DNA from: Candidatus Saccharimonadota bacterium
GTDB lineage: Bacteria > Patescibacteriota > Patescibacteriia > 2-12-FULL-60-25
Direction of reading: 5' to 3'
DNA length: 32,000 bases
Assembly (NCBI GenBank): GCA_963718585.1
Contig: OY970357.1
Location: forward strand, 690,001-722,000
A program made the position numbers and the translations under genes. The notes beneath the pieces are model-generated. The model saw only the letters and a program-made list of their open reading frames with translations. It ran no database searches and was not told the origin of the DNA. Within the stretch, counting starts at the first letter, position 1. Each line of letters opens with the position of its first letter. This document shows, in pieces, positions 1 to 9,845 of this stretch.

Positions 1-778
1 GATACTCCTTCCAATTCGGTCCCCAGCTGTAACTCGGAAAGTGTTCGAAGAATGCGCCGTTCAGGAGGTCCGCATAGGCGGAACCGCCGTTCCCGATGAC
101 GATCGCATTCGGATCCAACTGATGGATGCGCGTCAGCATCTCCCGCATCCCCTTCTGCCACGCAACGTTGTCGTCTGCCGCGCTGTCCGCGCGGCCGTCA
201 CGATTCAGATCCAAGGCAGATTTCGCAAATCCGGAGATACCGTCGAACGTGTTATCCAAAAAAACACCGTCCCACAGCCCACTCGAGAGGATCTCGTCAT
301 GGATGAACCGCGGAAAATATTGGTTCCACCGGATCCCGGTCGGACCCGCGGGTCCCAGATCCGTCACATTCAGCAATGTCGAACCAGGCCAGAAGTATGC
401 ATGCTGTCCCGAAGGATCGCGGAGATACCAATCATCCTGGATCTGCGATGCGAGTTTGGCGAACGGATAATCCGACGGTTCACTGAACCGCGCCTGGGCG
501 ATCTCCTCGCTCGGGAGGTAGGCGAAGATCTTGATCTTCGGATTGAGCCTGCGAAGTTCGCGGACCCGGTCCGGATAGCGGGCCTGCTGATCCGCATCCA
601 AAACGACGGCATCCCATTTGGCGAGCTTCGGGAGGTCCTCCGTGCGTAGCTGCCAATTGAGATACAGGTTGATGATCTTGGGAGATCCGGCGATGTTCTG
701 CGCGGCTTCAAGCGGCGCCGGCAGGGCTGCCGACGCGATGAGGCCGATCAAGACGGCCAGCGGCGCGAGTCGCTGCAT
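1..778 (-). CDS. Secreted TIM-barrel glycoside-hydrolase-like protein (GHL15/GH114-like); 3-prime end lies beyond the window
   Basis: My own minus-strand translation from the ATG at 778-776; it is absent from the ORF track because it runs off the left edge. It reads MQRLAPLAVLIGLIASAALPAPLEAAQN (signal peptide), then ..KIINLYLNWQL..WDAVVLDADQQARYPDRVRELRRLNPKIKIFAYL..WYLRDPSGQHAYFWPGSTLLNVTD..GLWDGVFLDNTFDGISGF.. and stays open to position 1. The family name is from motif memory only. Confidence 0.6.
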   Translation of the reverse strand, partial: MQRLAPLAVLIGLIASAALPAPLEAAQNIAGSPKIINLYLNWQLRTEDLPKLAKWDAVVLDADQQARYPDRVRELRRLNPKIKIFAYLPSEEIAQARFSEPSDYPFAKLASQIQDDWYLRDPSGQHAYFWPGSTLLNVTDLGPAGPTGIRWNQYFPRFIHDEILSSGLWDGVFLDNTFDGISGFAKSALDLNRDGRADSAADDNVAWQKGMREMLTRIHQLDPNAIVIGNGGSAYADLLNGAFFEHFPSYSWGPNWKEY

Positions 779-787
779 GATCTCTCT

Positions 788-816
788 TCAATATCGAAAA
801 TAAGCCATTTTGTCAA
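788..816 (-). promoter_or_regulatory. Sigma70-like promoter for the hydrolase-like gene, near-leaderless
   Basis: The minus strand reads TTGACA (816-811), a 17-nt spacer, TATTGA (793-788), then 9 nt to the ATG at 778. Confidence 0.35.
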
Positions 817-2051
817 TGTTTTCGGGCCCGGGACTGCGCCGCGTCCGCATACGTTTCCATGATCGCGGAGAGGTGCCGATCCCATCCATATTGCTCGATC
901 GCGGCCGCACGACTTTCCCCTGCCATCTGCGCCCGATCCGAGGCATTCAACCCATTGAATCGCCGCAGGGCCCGCACCAAAGCGTCCACATCACCCGGAT
1001 CGACCAACGATCCATTGACCCCTTCGCGGACAAGCTCCGGCAACCCGCCGATCCGTGAAGCGATGATCGGCAATCCGTCCGCCATGGCCTCAAGGACCGC
1101 GAGCGGCGCATTCTCGTACCAAACCGATGGAACGACAAGCGCTTCCGCATTCCGACGGAGGGCTGCGAGGTCGTCTTTCCGTTTGAAGCCGACGAAGGTG
1201 ATATGCGACGCTCCCGCGGTTTCGACGAGTTGCTTCAGGCGTGCTTCTTCTGGACCGATCCCCGCGATCTGCAATGAAAGTTCCGGGACCGCGGCTGCCG
1301 CGCGGACCAAGACATCGACCCCCTTTTCTTGCGACAATCGTCCGGCATAGAGCAGATACCCGCCGCCGCGAGGCGCCGACTCCTGCGGCGCTTCGACCGG
1401 ATTCGGAATGACACGGAATTTGGACGGCGGCTCGCCCCAGGCGACCATCTTATCCGCCATGAACTGCGATGGTGCGATGAACGTCTGCACCGTGCGTTCG
1501 TACGATCGCATCAACTTCGTCAAACCCATTTCCGCGGCCGCGAGCAGATTCCCCGCCATCGAGGGAAAGAGACAGTGGTGCGCGACCGCCTCAAGGTATC
1601 GTCCGCCCTTGCACCGCTCACAGACCGATCCCTCCGTGTACATCTTGTAATTGGGACAGGCGAGTTTGTAATCATGCAGGGTTTGCACGCAGGGGATCCG
1701 TCGTCGTCGGACCGGCTCGAGGACGGACGTGGAAAGATGGTGATAGACGTTGTGTAGATGCACGACGTCCGGTCGTAGATCATCGAGCAGAGACTCCATC
1801 GCGCGGCGGGCATCGCGATTCCAGAGGAACGCCGCCGCTTTCACGACATCGCGTCCAACACCCTCCTTCCGGGTGTAATCGAACCGTGGAACGAAATACG
1901 ATGCATCTTTTGTCGGAAGATTATCGGGGGCTCGGGTGGAGAACACATGGACTTCATGCCCATCCGCCTCCTGCTTTGCCATCAGTCGATGCATATATCC
2001 TTCCGCGCCACCATGCAGATCGAAGAATTTGTTGACGTGAAGGATCTTCAT
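813..2051 (-). CDS. GT4-family glycosyltransferase (412 aa)
   Basis: This is the C-terminal third of track ORF 813..3935. It starts MKILHVNKFFDLHGGAEGYMHRLMAKQEADGHEVHVFS and continues ..LLYAGRLSQEKGVDVL..PSVWYENAPLAVLEAMADGLPIIASRIGGLPELV.. (GT4 EX7E region). Its ATG at 2051-2049 overlaps the upstream stop in ATGA. Confidence 0.85.
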   Translation of the reverse strand: MKILHVNKFFDLHGGAEGYMHRLMAKQEADGHEVHVFSTRAPDNLPTKDASYFVPRFDYTRKEGVGRDVVKAAAFLWNRDARRAMESLLDDLRPDVVHLHNVYHHLSTSVLEPVRRRRIPCVQTLHDYKLACPNYKMYTEGSVCERCKGGRYLEAVAHHCLFPSMAGNLLAAAEMGLTKLMRSYERTVQTFIAPSQFMADKMVAWGEPPSKFRVIPNPVEAPQESAPRGGGYLLYAGRLSQEKGVDVLVRAAAAVPELSLQIAGIGPEEARLKQLVETAGASHITFVGFKRKDDLAALRRNAEALVVPSVWYENAPLAVLEAMADGLPIIASRIGGLPELVREGVNGSLVDPGDVDALVRALRRFNGLNASDRAQMAGESRAAAIEQYGWDRHLSAIMETYADAAQSRARKH

Positions 2052-3935
2052 ACGTTTTTTTTCTTTATCCCGAGGAGGTCTCGATACAACTGCGCGTATC
2101 CCGAGACCATTCGATCGATGGTGAAACGCGATCGGACACGATCCGCGGCGCGCGACGCACGCTGTGCCGCATCGCTGGGATCGGCAAAGACGCGCTTCGA
2201 TCGCATGTGCGAACGCCGGAACGTCGCCCACGGTGACATAGGATGCCTCATCCGACGAAAGGACCTCATGGAACACGGGAAGGTCGCTGGCGATGATCGG
2301 GGTGGCGGCGGCCGCAGCTTCGAGGAAACCAAGACCAAGTCCTTCCCACCGGGAGGGAAAACAGAACACGTCCGCATCGACGAGCAGTTCCGGCACATCG
2401 GTCCGGTAGCCGAGCCAATGGACACGCGGCGCGATCGCGAGGCGTTCGGCGAGCTGGCGCAATTCCCCTTCACGCGGACCGGATCCGACGATCTTCAGCA
2501 TCCACGGACCTTTGACGAGCGCGAGCGCCTTCAACAACACCGCGTGACCTTTTTGCGGGACCAGTCGACCGACGGTCAGGATCTGCGGAACATCGCGTGC
2601 CGTGCGGACCGGACGCACGCGGATCCGTGACATGTCGATCCCATTGAGGATCACATGGATCTTCGCGGCCGGCAGATGCTCGGCGACCGTCATGTAGGTC
2701 TTCACTTCATTGGAGACCGCGACGAATGCGGTCGTGATCGGAGCGAGTGCGCGTTTCACGAGACGTTTGATCGCCCCATGATCCGGGTTGACGTTATGTT
2801 CGGTCGAGATGATCACCGGGACGCCGGCGATCCGTGCCGCCAAACGACCCCAGACATCTGCAACGCCATAGAGATGCGTATGGACGATATCCGGACGCTC
2901 CCGTTGCATGATGCGGACAAGCGCACGACATGCGGCGATCCCTGCCAGACCTCGACGTCCAAGGATCACATACGGGATCTTCGCTTCTTGGAAAGTCGCT
3001 TCAAGTGGACCTCCCCGCAGGATCGACACGACACGAGCATCCTGCCCCTCATGCGGCAATTTCGAAGCGATCTCAAAGACGAGCCGTTCCGCACCGCCAG
3101 CCTCCAGCGTTGGGAGGACATGCATGACGAGCGGCCGTCCAGCACCGGCCGGAGCGAGCGAAAAAAGCCATCCATCCGCCCAAGACATCGGAAGATGCGG
3201 CGCGAATGCGCCATCCGATGCATCCAGCGTATGGAACAGCTTGCTCCCCCGTTTCAGCAGGAATCGCCCGCCTAAATAGAACCATTCCTTGAACCACGCC
3301 GCTGCCTGCGCCGCACTCCGCACGTGCCATCCGTCACCGCGAAGCAGTTCGATCCACGCGCGATAGCCGAGGTACTGCGCATGCGGGTGCATGGCTTCGG
3401 TCTGGACCACCGTGTCCCGCAAGCCGCGTTTGATCCACCCCTTCAATCGACGTCCGATCGATGTCTTTGTCGTGAACCGACGGATCCGCTCCTCAAGCCC
3501 CTTCCCGTTCGGCACGGAGATCAAAAAGAGGCCGCCCGGCGCAAGTCGCGCGCGAACGTCAGCGAGGAAGGCGACAGGATCCTCCTGATGCTCCAAGACC
3601 TCGCTCGCGATCACGATATCGAACGTTTCATCCTGTACGCGTTCGAAAGACCCCTCGAGGAATCGCAGTTGGGCGTTCGGAACATCCTCCATGGCGCGCT
3701 GCGCACGGGCGATCGATGCGCCATCAAGATCGACGCCGGTCGTCTGATATCCGATACCGCCGAGCGGGAGGGTGATATTCCCATTGCCACATCCGATATC
3801 AAGGACACGGATACTGGCACGTGGCCGCTCGCCGCGCCATGCCTCGATCCGATCGACGAACCAATCCAAACGACGCAAACCACCTGGTTCGCGATGATAG
3901 GACGTGAACGCGTGATAGGCGCGTGAGGGTCTCAC
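2048..3935 (-). CDS. Class-I SAM methyltransferase fused to a GT4 glycosyltransferase; needs one frame correction near 2183-2200
   Basis: MTase motif VLDIGCGNGNITLPLG..DIVIASEVLEH is followed, with no intervening stop, by PLVMHVLPTLEAGGAERLVFEIA.. (GT4). The natural GT4 C-terminus FADPSDAAQRASRAADRVRSRFTIDRMVSGYAQLYRDLLGIKKKNV* is in the frame of ORF 2048..2473, not the main frame. The GTG start at 3935 overlaps the upstream stop (GTGA). Confidence 0.7.
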
Positions 3936-5435
3936 GGTCTAAGGATAGCACGGCGGAACGATCCGGTCGGTCTCACCGAAAACTTCGGCATCAGGAAGGT
4001 TCCGTGCGTCCGGACAGCGGCCTCCTTCCGCCCCAAGACCCACACGGCGCTGATCGCAAAACCGAGCGGGAGCCACATGACGCCGGTCCAGTAATCCGTA
4101 TTGAAAAGTTGATAGGCAAAGGCACCGAACGCGCCGAGGGAAACGAATAACGCCGCGCGTCGCATCGGCTTGGTCTCGATCTCACGCACTCCGCGCCAGA
4201 GAAGCCATCCGGCAAGCGAAACGAAGACGGCGAATGCCGCCAACCCGAGGATCCCCGTCTCCGCGGCCAGTTTCTGGATGATGCCGTGCGAATCAAGCGG
4301 GTCACCATATTCCAAGAGGAATACGCGCGTCGAACCCACCCGATCGAGGAACGTCCCGGCGCCACCGCCGACGATCGGACTCGTCTGAAATACCTCATAG
4401 GCGATCTGCGTCAGCATGAGACGGGTGGAATTGGAACTTTGTGCGGTCGACGATATCGAATAGATCGCCATCCCGATCGCCAATGGTGAAAAGAGAAGTA
4501 TCAAGGAGAATGAGCCGCGCTGCGTGCTTTTTCATCTCCGCACGGAATTCCGTGAATCCGATGATCAAGATCTCTGCGGCAAACACGATCCACGCGGTGC
4601 GCGTGAAGGTCAGCAATCCCATGACGAACATGAAGGCCGCTCCCCCGCCCCAAAGGCGCCGAAGACGGGCGGATTTGGCGATGAGCGAAAGCGCGAGCGC
4701 GATGGGCGCGGTCGCAACGAGCAATTCCGCGAGCTCATTATGATTCCCTCCCAACACGGAGACACCGAACAGCGGCAATGGATGCGCACGGCCGATGAAC
4801 GAACCCGCATCCGGCGACAAGAACATCGCGACGAGTCCGGTCAACGCGGCAAAGATCCCGACCCCCGCAAAGACCGATAGCGCAGCGACCAGCCGGCGGC
4901 GCGAACGGATCAGGTTGACCGGCAAGGCGACATACGCGAGATAATCGAACAAGACCGGACGCATCGAAAACTTGAGGACGATATAGGGATCCGGCTGCAA
5001 GGGGGAAAAGACCGACAAGACATGCGCTGTGACGATCCCGAGCATGGGCCAGGCGAGCGGAAGTCTCGGCCGCCAATTGATGTCATGACGTTTGATCCAA
5101 AGGAAAAGCAGCTTCAATGCCCATGCGGCGAGGATGCAGAACAAGAATGCTTCGCCAAGACTGATATCGATCGATCCGCCGAATGCGCGCTGACCGATCA
5201 AAAGATTCCCCGTGGGGGCAGACAACATGAGACCAAGGAACGGCACAAGCGCGATCGCGGCGTAGAACGAAGCGTAGATATAGCGATACGCCCACCCGAC
5301 GAGGAAAACGATCAGCAAAAGACTCAGTGGGGCCGTCGAAAAACCCGTCACGATGAATACCGCAAAAAGCGCGACGAGGACAAAAAGACCCCACGTGAGC
5401 GTGCGCGGGCTTGCGGGAGGGACCACATGCGCCAT
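3932..5435 (-). CDS. O-antigen ligase / Wzy_C-like polytopic membrane protein, split by a frame change near 4490-4510
   Basis: ORF 4395..5435 (multi-TM, ..LLTFTRTAWIVFAAEILIIGF..) and ORF 3932..4504 (..SPIVGGGAGTFLDRV..DSHGIIQKLAAETGILGLAAFAVF..) read as the N- and C-parts of one O-antigen-ligase-type protein in different frames. Confidence 0.7.
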
Positions 5436-5483
5436 GGATCAAGTGTATCACGTATGAAACGGATATCGCGGATAAAGAAAAAG

Positions 5484-5520
5484 CCCCGTCCACCAAGTGG
5501 CGGACGGGGCGAAGGGGCAA
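5484..5520 (-). terminator. Rho-independent terminator after lipoprotein gene 1
   Basis: The minus strand has GCCCCGTCC...GGACGGGGC (9-bp stem) followed by TTTTTCTTTAT, 18 nt after the stop at 5538. Confidence 0.7.
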
Positions 5521-5537
5521 GTGCGAGGCGTGGTCCC

Positions 5538-7247
5538 TTACGGAACCGGCTGGATCTCCATGTTGTAGAAGACCTCGTTGGGCGGTGCGGGTCCGGTGTT
5601 GTTCCACACCATGCTCCCGCTCACCGGCGCGCCGTTTTCTGTCACGACGACGGATCCGATGAACGAACCGCTCCCTCCGCAGGGCACGTTCGTGCTCTTG
5701 TCGAAGGTCCAACAGAAGCCACCCTGGACCGCGTTGTTCACGTACCTCATGTTGAACGCGAGGTAGGAACCCGACGGGATCACTGTTGAACAGGTGTACA
5801 CGCCGTCGACGGACGACGCCGTGCACAACGTTCCCCAATTATGGGCGATGCCGCCCGGTTCGAGGTACCAGCCCTCGACCGTCACGGGACCGTCCACCGT
5901 CGCGGTGTCCGGAGACCAGGTGAAGACCAGCGTCTTGACGCCGCCGTCGGACGAGCTCCCGCTCGAGCCTCCGGTCGCGGACCCGGCGCTGCCGCCGGAA
6001 CCCGAGGCATCGACGCCCGCATCTGCCGATCCAGCGCTGCCGCCGGAACCGGCCATGCCGGCCGTACCACCCGTGCCTGCACCGGCTGCACCTGCGGTGC
6101 CGCCCGTGCCAGCTGCACCGGCCATGCCGGCCGACCCCGAGCTTCCGCCCGTGGACGTGCCAGCCGTACCGCCCGTCGCGGACCCGGCGCTGCCGCCGGA
6201 ACCGGACGTGCCAGCCGTACCGCCGGTACTCCCTGCGTCGCCACTCCAACACAGGTTGGCGCTGCCACACTGGGTCCCGGAGAGAAGCCAGGTACCGTAG
6301 CCATTAGCGTCTGGACACAGACACTGCAGGATCAACGGCACAGCGGGATTCTCGTTGTTGACGCAGAACGAGACGTTCGAGGGGAGACACCCATAAGCGT
6401 CGACCACACACGGCACATCCGGCTTCGGCGTACAGGCGTTGTTGCCGGACCCGGCCGCACCCGCACTCCCAGAGGAGCCCGCTGCGCCCGAAGTCCCACC
6501 CGTGCCTGCGCCGGCCGTACCGCCGGAGCCGGAAGCTCCTGCCGTACCGCCCGTGCCTGCGCCAGCTGCGCCAGCGCTCCCAGAGGAGCCCGCCGCACCG
6601 CTTGCACCGGCCTGGCCGCCTTGGCCAGCCGTACCGCCGGTACCTGCACCAGCTGCACCTGCGGTGCCGCCCGTGCCTGCGCCAGCTGCGCCGGCCGTAC
6701 CACCGGAGCCGGAAGCTCCTGCCGTACCGCCCGTGCCTGCAGCACCCGCGCTCCCGGAGGAGCCCGCCGCACCGCTTGCACCAGCCTGACCGCCTTGGCC
6801 TGCGGTGCCGGACGAACCAGCTGCGCCAGCCGTACCGCCGGAGCCTGCACCCGCGGCGCCAGCGGCGCCATCGGGACCTGCATCCGCGGCCGGAGCCGGG
6901 ACGAGCATGTTGTTCGAGCAGACGAGCGCTACGGCCCTCTGGTCGGTACACCCCGGCCACAGGCCAGGAGTGTCCGTCTGAGAGCAGTAGTTGCCCGCCT
7001 GGCAGAAGCTGGTGAGCTTGTGCGTCGCAGTGTCGCACCAGAGCTTCCCGCTTGTCCCCGGGTTGTTCGGGTCGTTGAAGCAGAATTGCTGCGGCGTGGT
7101 GCACGTCGCGCCGAAGTCACAGCCCAAAAGCGGACTCGTGTTCGACTTTGACGTCGGGCTCTTGTCGCCCGACGAACACCCCGCCGCGAGACCGAACATG
7201 CCAATGAGCATGCCCGCCACGACGATCAGCCGGATCTCTCTCTTCAT
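5538..7247 (-). CDS. Secreted lipoprotein with Cys-rich modules, two long G/A/S/T low-complexity linkers and a beta-rich C-terminal domain (569 aa)
   Basis: Signal peptide plus lipobox MKREIRLIVVAGMLIGMFGLAAGC. There are Cys-rich segments and linkers such as GQGGQAGASGAAGSSGSAGAAGTGGTAGASGSGGTAG repeated. Its own promoter and terminator are present. Confidence 0.8.
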   Translation of the reverse strand: MKREIRLIVVAGMLIGMFGLAAGCSSGDKSPTSKSNTSPLLGCDFGATCTTPQQFCFNDPNNPGTSGKLWCDTATHKLTSFCQAGNYCSQTDTPGLWPGCTDQRAVALVCSNNMLVPAPAADAGPDGAAGAAGAGSGGTAGAAGSSGTAGQGGQAGASGAAGSSGSAGAAGTGGTAGASGSGGTAGAAGAGTGGTAGAAGAGTGGTAGQGGQAGASGAAGSSGSAGAAGAGTGGTAGASGSGGTAGAGTGGTSGAAGSSGSAGAAGSGNNACTPKPDVPCVVDAYGCLPSNVSFCVNNENPAVPLILQCLCPDANGYGTWLLSGTQCGSANLCWSGDAGSTGGTAGTSGSGGSAGSATGGTAGTSTGGSSGSAGMAGAAGTGGTAGAAGAGTGGTAGMAGSGGSAGSADAGVDASGSGGSAGSATGGSSGSSSDGGVKTLVFTWSPDTATVDGPVTVEGWYLEPGGIAHNWGTLCTASSVDGVYTCSTVIPSGSYLAFNMRYVNNAVQGGFCWTFDKSTNVPCGGSGSFIGSVVVTENGAPVSGSMVWNNTGPAPPNEVFYNMEIQPVP

Positions 7248-7344
7248 TTGGTCCTCCTTGATTGCCTCTAGCTTGCCAAAAGATCGGTCTTTACGACGGA
7301 ATGCCGCACTTCCCGCTTAGAAAAACCTATTTCGGGAATGTCTG

Positions 7345-7374
7345 ACCCTAGCAAAATACGGTTTACCTGTCAAG
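7345..7374 (-). promoter_or_regulatory. Sigma70-like promoter of lipoprotein gene 1
   Basis: The minus strand reads TTGACA (7374-7369), spacer GGTAAACCGTATTTTGC (17 nt), TAGGGT (7350-7345). The CCGTATTTT spacer core is shared with the promoter at 9194-9222. Confidence 0.45.
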
Positions 7375-7442
7375 GAATTACAGGAAAATAGGCTCAACTA
7401 TGCATTTTTCGCTAAACGAACGTAAATTTCGATGATCTGCGA

Positions 7443-7476
7443 ATAAAAAACGCCCCCGGGTGAGTACCCGGGGGCG
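7443..7476 (-). terminator. Rho-independent terminator after lipoprotein gene 2
   Basis: The minus strand has CGCCCCCGGGT-ACTC-ACCCGGGGGCG (11-bp stem) followed by TTTTTTATT. Confidence 0.8.
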
Positions 7477-7501
7477 AAGGTTTCGTGATCGGTTCAGCAG
7501 A

Positions 7502-9095
7502 TCACAGGGAGGCAACGCGTCGGCAGGTATACGCGGGACTCCCTTCGGGCTGGAGGTTGAGGGGAACGAGCGTTCCGCTATTCACGTCGACCACCTGCAC
7601 GGTGACCGAATCGCCATGGCAGATCCCGTTATAGAACGAGCTGTCGTAGCAGGTGCCCTGCCACGCATAGCTGCAATTCGTCGAGTTCTGCGGCCAAGAC
7701 AGATAGAACTTCGTCGGAGCGCTGGACCTCGGAATGAGACCCGTCTCGTAGAAGCCGTTACTGTTCCAGCTCATTGCGTAGGATCCGGCGCCATCGTTCA
7801 CGACGGGAGACACACCCTGACCCACGTTCGACAAGCGGACGCGGACCGTAGCCGGATCGACGTTTCCGTCGCAATCCAGATCGAGCTGATCGTTCCAGCT
7901 TTCGACCTGACCCGGATACTTGGCGTTGTCGTGGTCGTCGCAGTCCTTGAGCAACGGATTCGTTGCCGTCGGACTGAAGCCATCCCCGTCCGCATCATCC
8001 GATGCGACGAGCGACGAGACGTCGGCCGTGACCCAGAGGTCACACCCGTCGTCACTGTCGTGCTTCTTCGCGATGACGCGCGCAGCCGGCTGCCCGTCGA
8101 CCATGGCCCACATCGGCGCGACCTTGGAGGCCTGCGTCGTGGACAGCGAATCGAGCTTGCAGAGGCCGTGCGCCCACGGACTCGAAGCAGACGGATCCCA
8201 CTCGCCGTTGAACTTGAGCTGACTCCCACGCTGGATCGCGACCGAGAAGGTCACGCCCGGCGCATCCGTCGCACTCATGTCCGCCTGCGGATAGGACCAG
8301 TTGGCCCCGCCGATGCGGAACGGAACTTCCTGCGCGTAGAGCTGGAAGGCGTGGTTGCCAGACATGGGCGACAACACGTGGACCGTCAGCGTCACGAGGT
8401 CATTGACCACGCCGCCGTCCGTTCCGTCGTTGCTGCCCGCACCTGCCGCGCCGCCGGCGTTCGTGGAACCTGCTGCCCCGGCGTTTCCGCCGGAACCGGA
8501 CGTTCCGCTCGCACCTGACGACCCACCCGTTCCGGCCGTTCCGGCCGTTCCGCCCGTGCCGGATGAACCCGAGGATCCGCCCGAGCCAGACGTTCCGCCT
8601 GTTCCCGACGATCCCGCACCGCCGCTCGAACCACCCATGCCGGAAGTACCGCCGGTCCCGTTCCCGGTCCCGGACGCTCCTGCCTGGTTGTTCTGCTGGC
8701 CTGCGGATCCGCCCGTGGAGGGCGTTCCCGCCTGACCGCCGGTGTTCGTGGAACCTGCTGCCCCGGCGTTTCCGCCGGAACCGGACGTTCCGCCTGTTCC
8801 CGACGCGCCTGCCGCACCACCCGATGCCGACCCGTCCTTGCAGACGATGTTCGACGCCGTGTCGCTTGGCATGTTGACGCCGCAGTGACACACGTTGTGT
8901 GCCGCACGTCTGCCCCTCGATGGAACAGCTCGTGCCCGTGGCGCACGGATCGGACCCGTTTTTCGGATGCGACCCCGTACCACCCTGGCCAGCGGCACCT
9001 GCCGCATTCGCGTTCCAGTTGATGTCGTCCGCGGCGTTCCCGCAGGCGACGCTCAACAGGGCGATCAAACCGATCAAGATGTGAATGTGCTTCAC
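7502..9095 (-). CDS. Secreted lipoprotein paralogue with a G/S/T/A linker and a MopE-like DCDD..DCDG metal-binding-type motif; frame change near 8895-8903
   Basis: ORF 8400..9095 supplies MKHIHILIGLIALLSVACGNAADD.. (lipobox) ..SCSIEGQTCG. ORF 7502..9007 continues HNVCHCGVNMPSDTASNIVCKDGSASGG.., the linker, then ..DADGDGFSPTATNPLLKDCDDHDNAKYPGQVESWNDQLDLDCDGNVD... Confidence 0.7.
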
Positions 9096-9193
9096 TTGGA
9101 TACCCTTTTGTTGATGGCGCCGCGATGACGCCGGAGTTGACGCCCCCCAAGGAGTACACGGACTATCCGCGCACTCGTCTCAGAGAACAAAGA

Positions 9194-9222
9194 AAGATAC
9201 CAAAAAATACGGATTTTGTCAA
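9194..9222 (-). promoter_or_regulatory. Sigma70-like promoter of lipoprotein gene 2
   Basis: The minus strand reads TTGACA (9222-9217), spacer AAATCCGTATTTTTTGG (17 nt), TATCTT (9199-9194). Confidence 0.45.
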
Positions 9223-9386
9223 GAGTATGACTTACAGAATAGAGCCCTATTTATGCGCTATAAAATGGCCTATTTAGGCCATTTAATTGAACTCACCTCA
9301 TTATTCCTCAAGACTTTTTTACAAAATGTCTGATCTAAGCCATTTTTCCACATCGAACTCCCGCCGTCCGATGCTACACTGGATAT

Positions 9387-9845
9387 ACCTATAGGTCTTT
9401 GAAATGCGTCGTTTCGCTTGGGTACGCCGGGATCCATGACCCCGCACGTCCGGGGTCTTGCCGCTTTAGGCACCTTTTTCCTGTGAAGCAACCCGCGAGC
9501 GACCACCCCGGGTCGTACGATTCTCCCCTGCCCTGCAGAGAAAGTTTGTACGATGGAAAAACACTGATGGACGACGGCAGACCGTTCTCCGCGTCGCGGT
9601 ACGGCTATGCCTCGGATGGCCACACGAACGTGGCATGTAATGGGCAGATATCTGCCCTTGGGGAAGGAACCCAAACGACGGTCAGCCGTCGATGGTACCT
9701 CCGACCCGTCGCCAACTGCCCATACGGGCATTAGCGCGGCGAAAACATCTCCCGGAAGCACGGGCTACCGGTCCCCTTCCCGGTCGCTTCACGCGACGGG
9801 TTCTCATGACCGCCAGATCACTCTGGCGGTCATTTCTATTTCTTC
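9387..9845 (+). ncRNA. Candidate structured non-coding RNA of unknown class
   Basis: There is no convincing ORF in any frame across 9160-9835. An extended -10 TGcTACACT sits at 9372-9380. A chain of GC-rich hairpins follows, e.g. GACCCCG/CGGGGTC, GCCAC/GTGGC, the perfect 16-bp palindrome GGGCAGATATCTGCCC at 9642-9657, CGACGG/CCGTCG and GTCGC/GCGAC. The region ends in a plus-strand terminator. Confidence 0.3.
9806..9845 (+). terminator. Rho-independent terminator oriented for a plus-strand transcript; it also lies just past the trmB-like stop
   Basis: ATGACCGCCAGA-TCAC-TCTGGCGGTCAT (12-bp stem) followed by TTCTATTTCTT. On the minus strand no U-tract follows it. Confidence 0.55.

Noticed and set aside
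41-803. Track ORFs 41..649+, 126..470+, 370..711- and 618..803+.
   Set aside because: They are antisense or out of frame relative to the well-behaved secreted hydrolase-like gene, which runs from 778 off the left edge. Their compositions are Arg/Pro-rich and unprotein-like.
813-3935. A single 1040-aa methyltransferase-GT4-GT4 polyprotein, as listed in the ORF track.
   Set aside because: The second GT4 begins with its own ATG in an ATGA overlap with a stop in the alternative frame. That alternative frame carries the natural C-terminus of the first GT4, and the linking peptide in the main frame (CRSQRCGTACVARRGSCPIAFHHRSNG..) is junk.
5950-6900. The Gly-every-third-residue linkers read as collagen-like triple helix.
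   Set aside because: The G-X-Y register is repeatedly broken (GAGTGGTAG etc.) and there is essentially no Pro. This is better described as disordered low-complexity linker.
5794-7204. Many long ORFs in all six frames (e.g. 5841..7151+ at 436 aa, 6304..7104- at 266 aa, 6332..6883-) overlap lipoprotein gene 1; a similar set overlaps 8355-9159.
   Set aside because: They are by-products of GC-rich triplet-repeat DNA, giving Pro/Ala/Arg-rich nonsense. Only the 5538..7247 and 7502..9095 minus-strand frames have signal peptides, domain-like ends, promoters and terminators.
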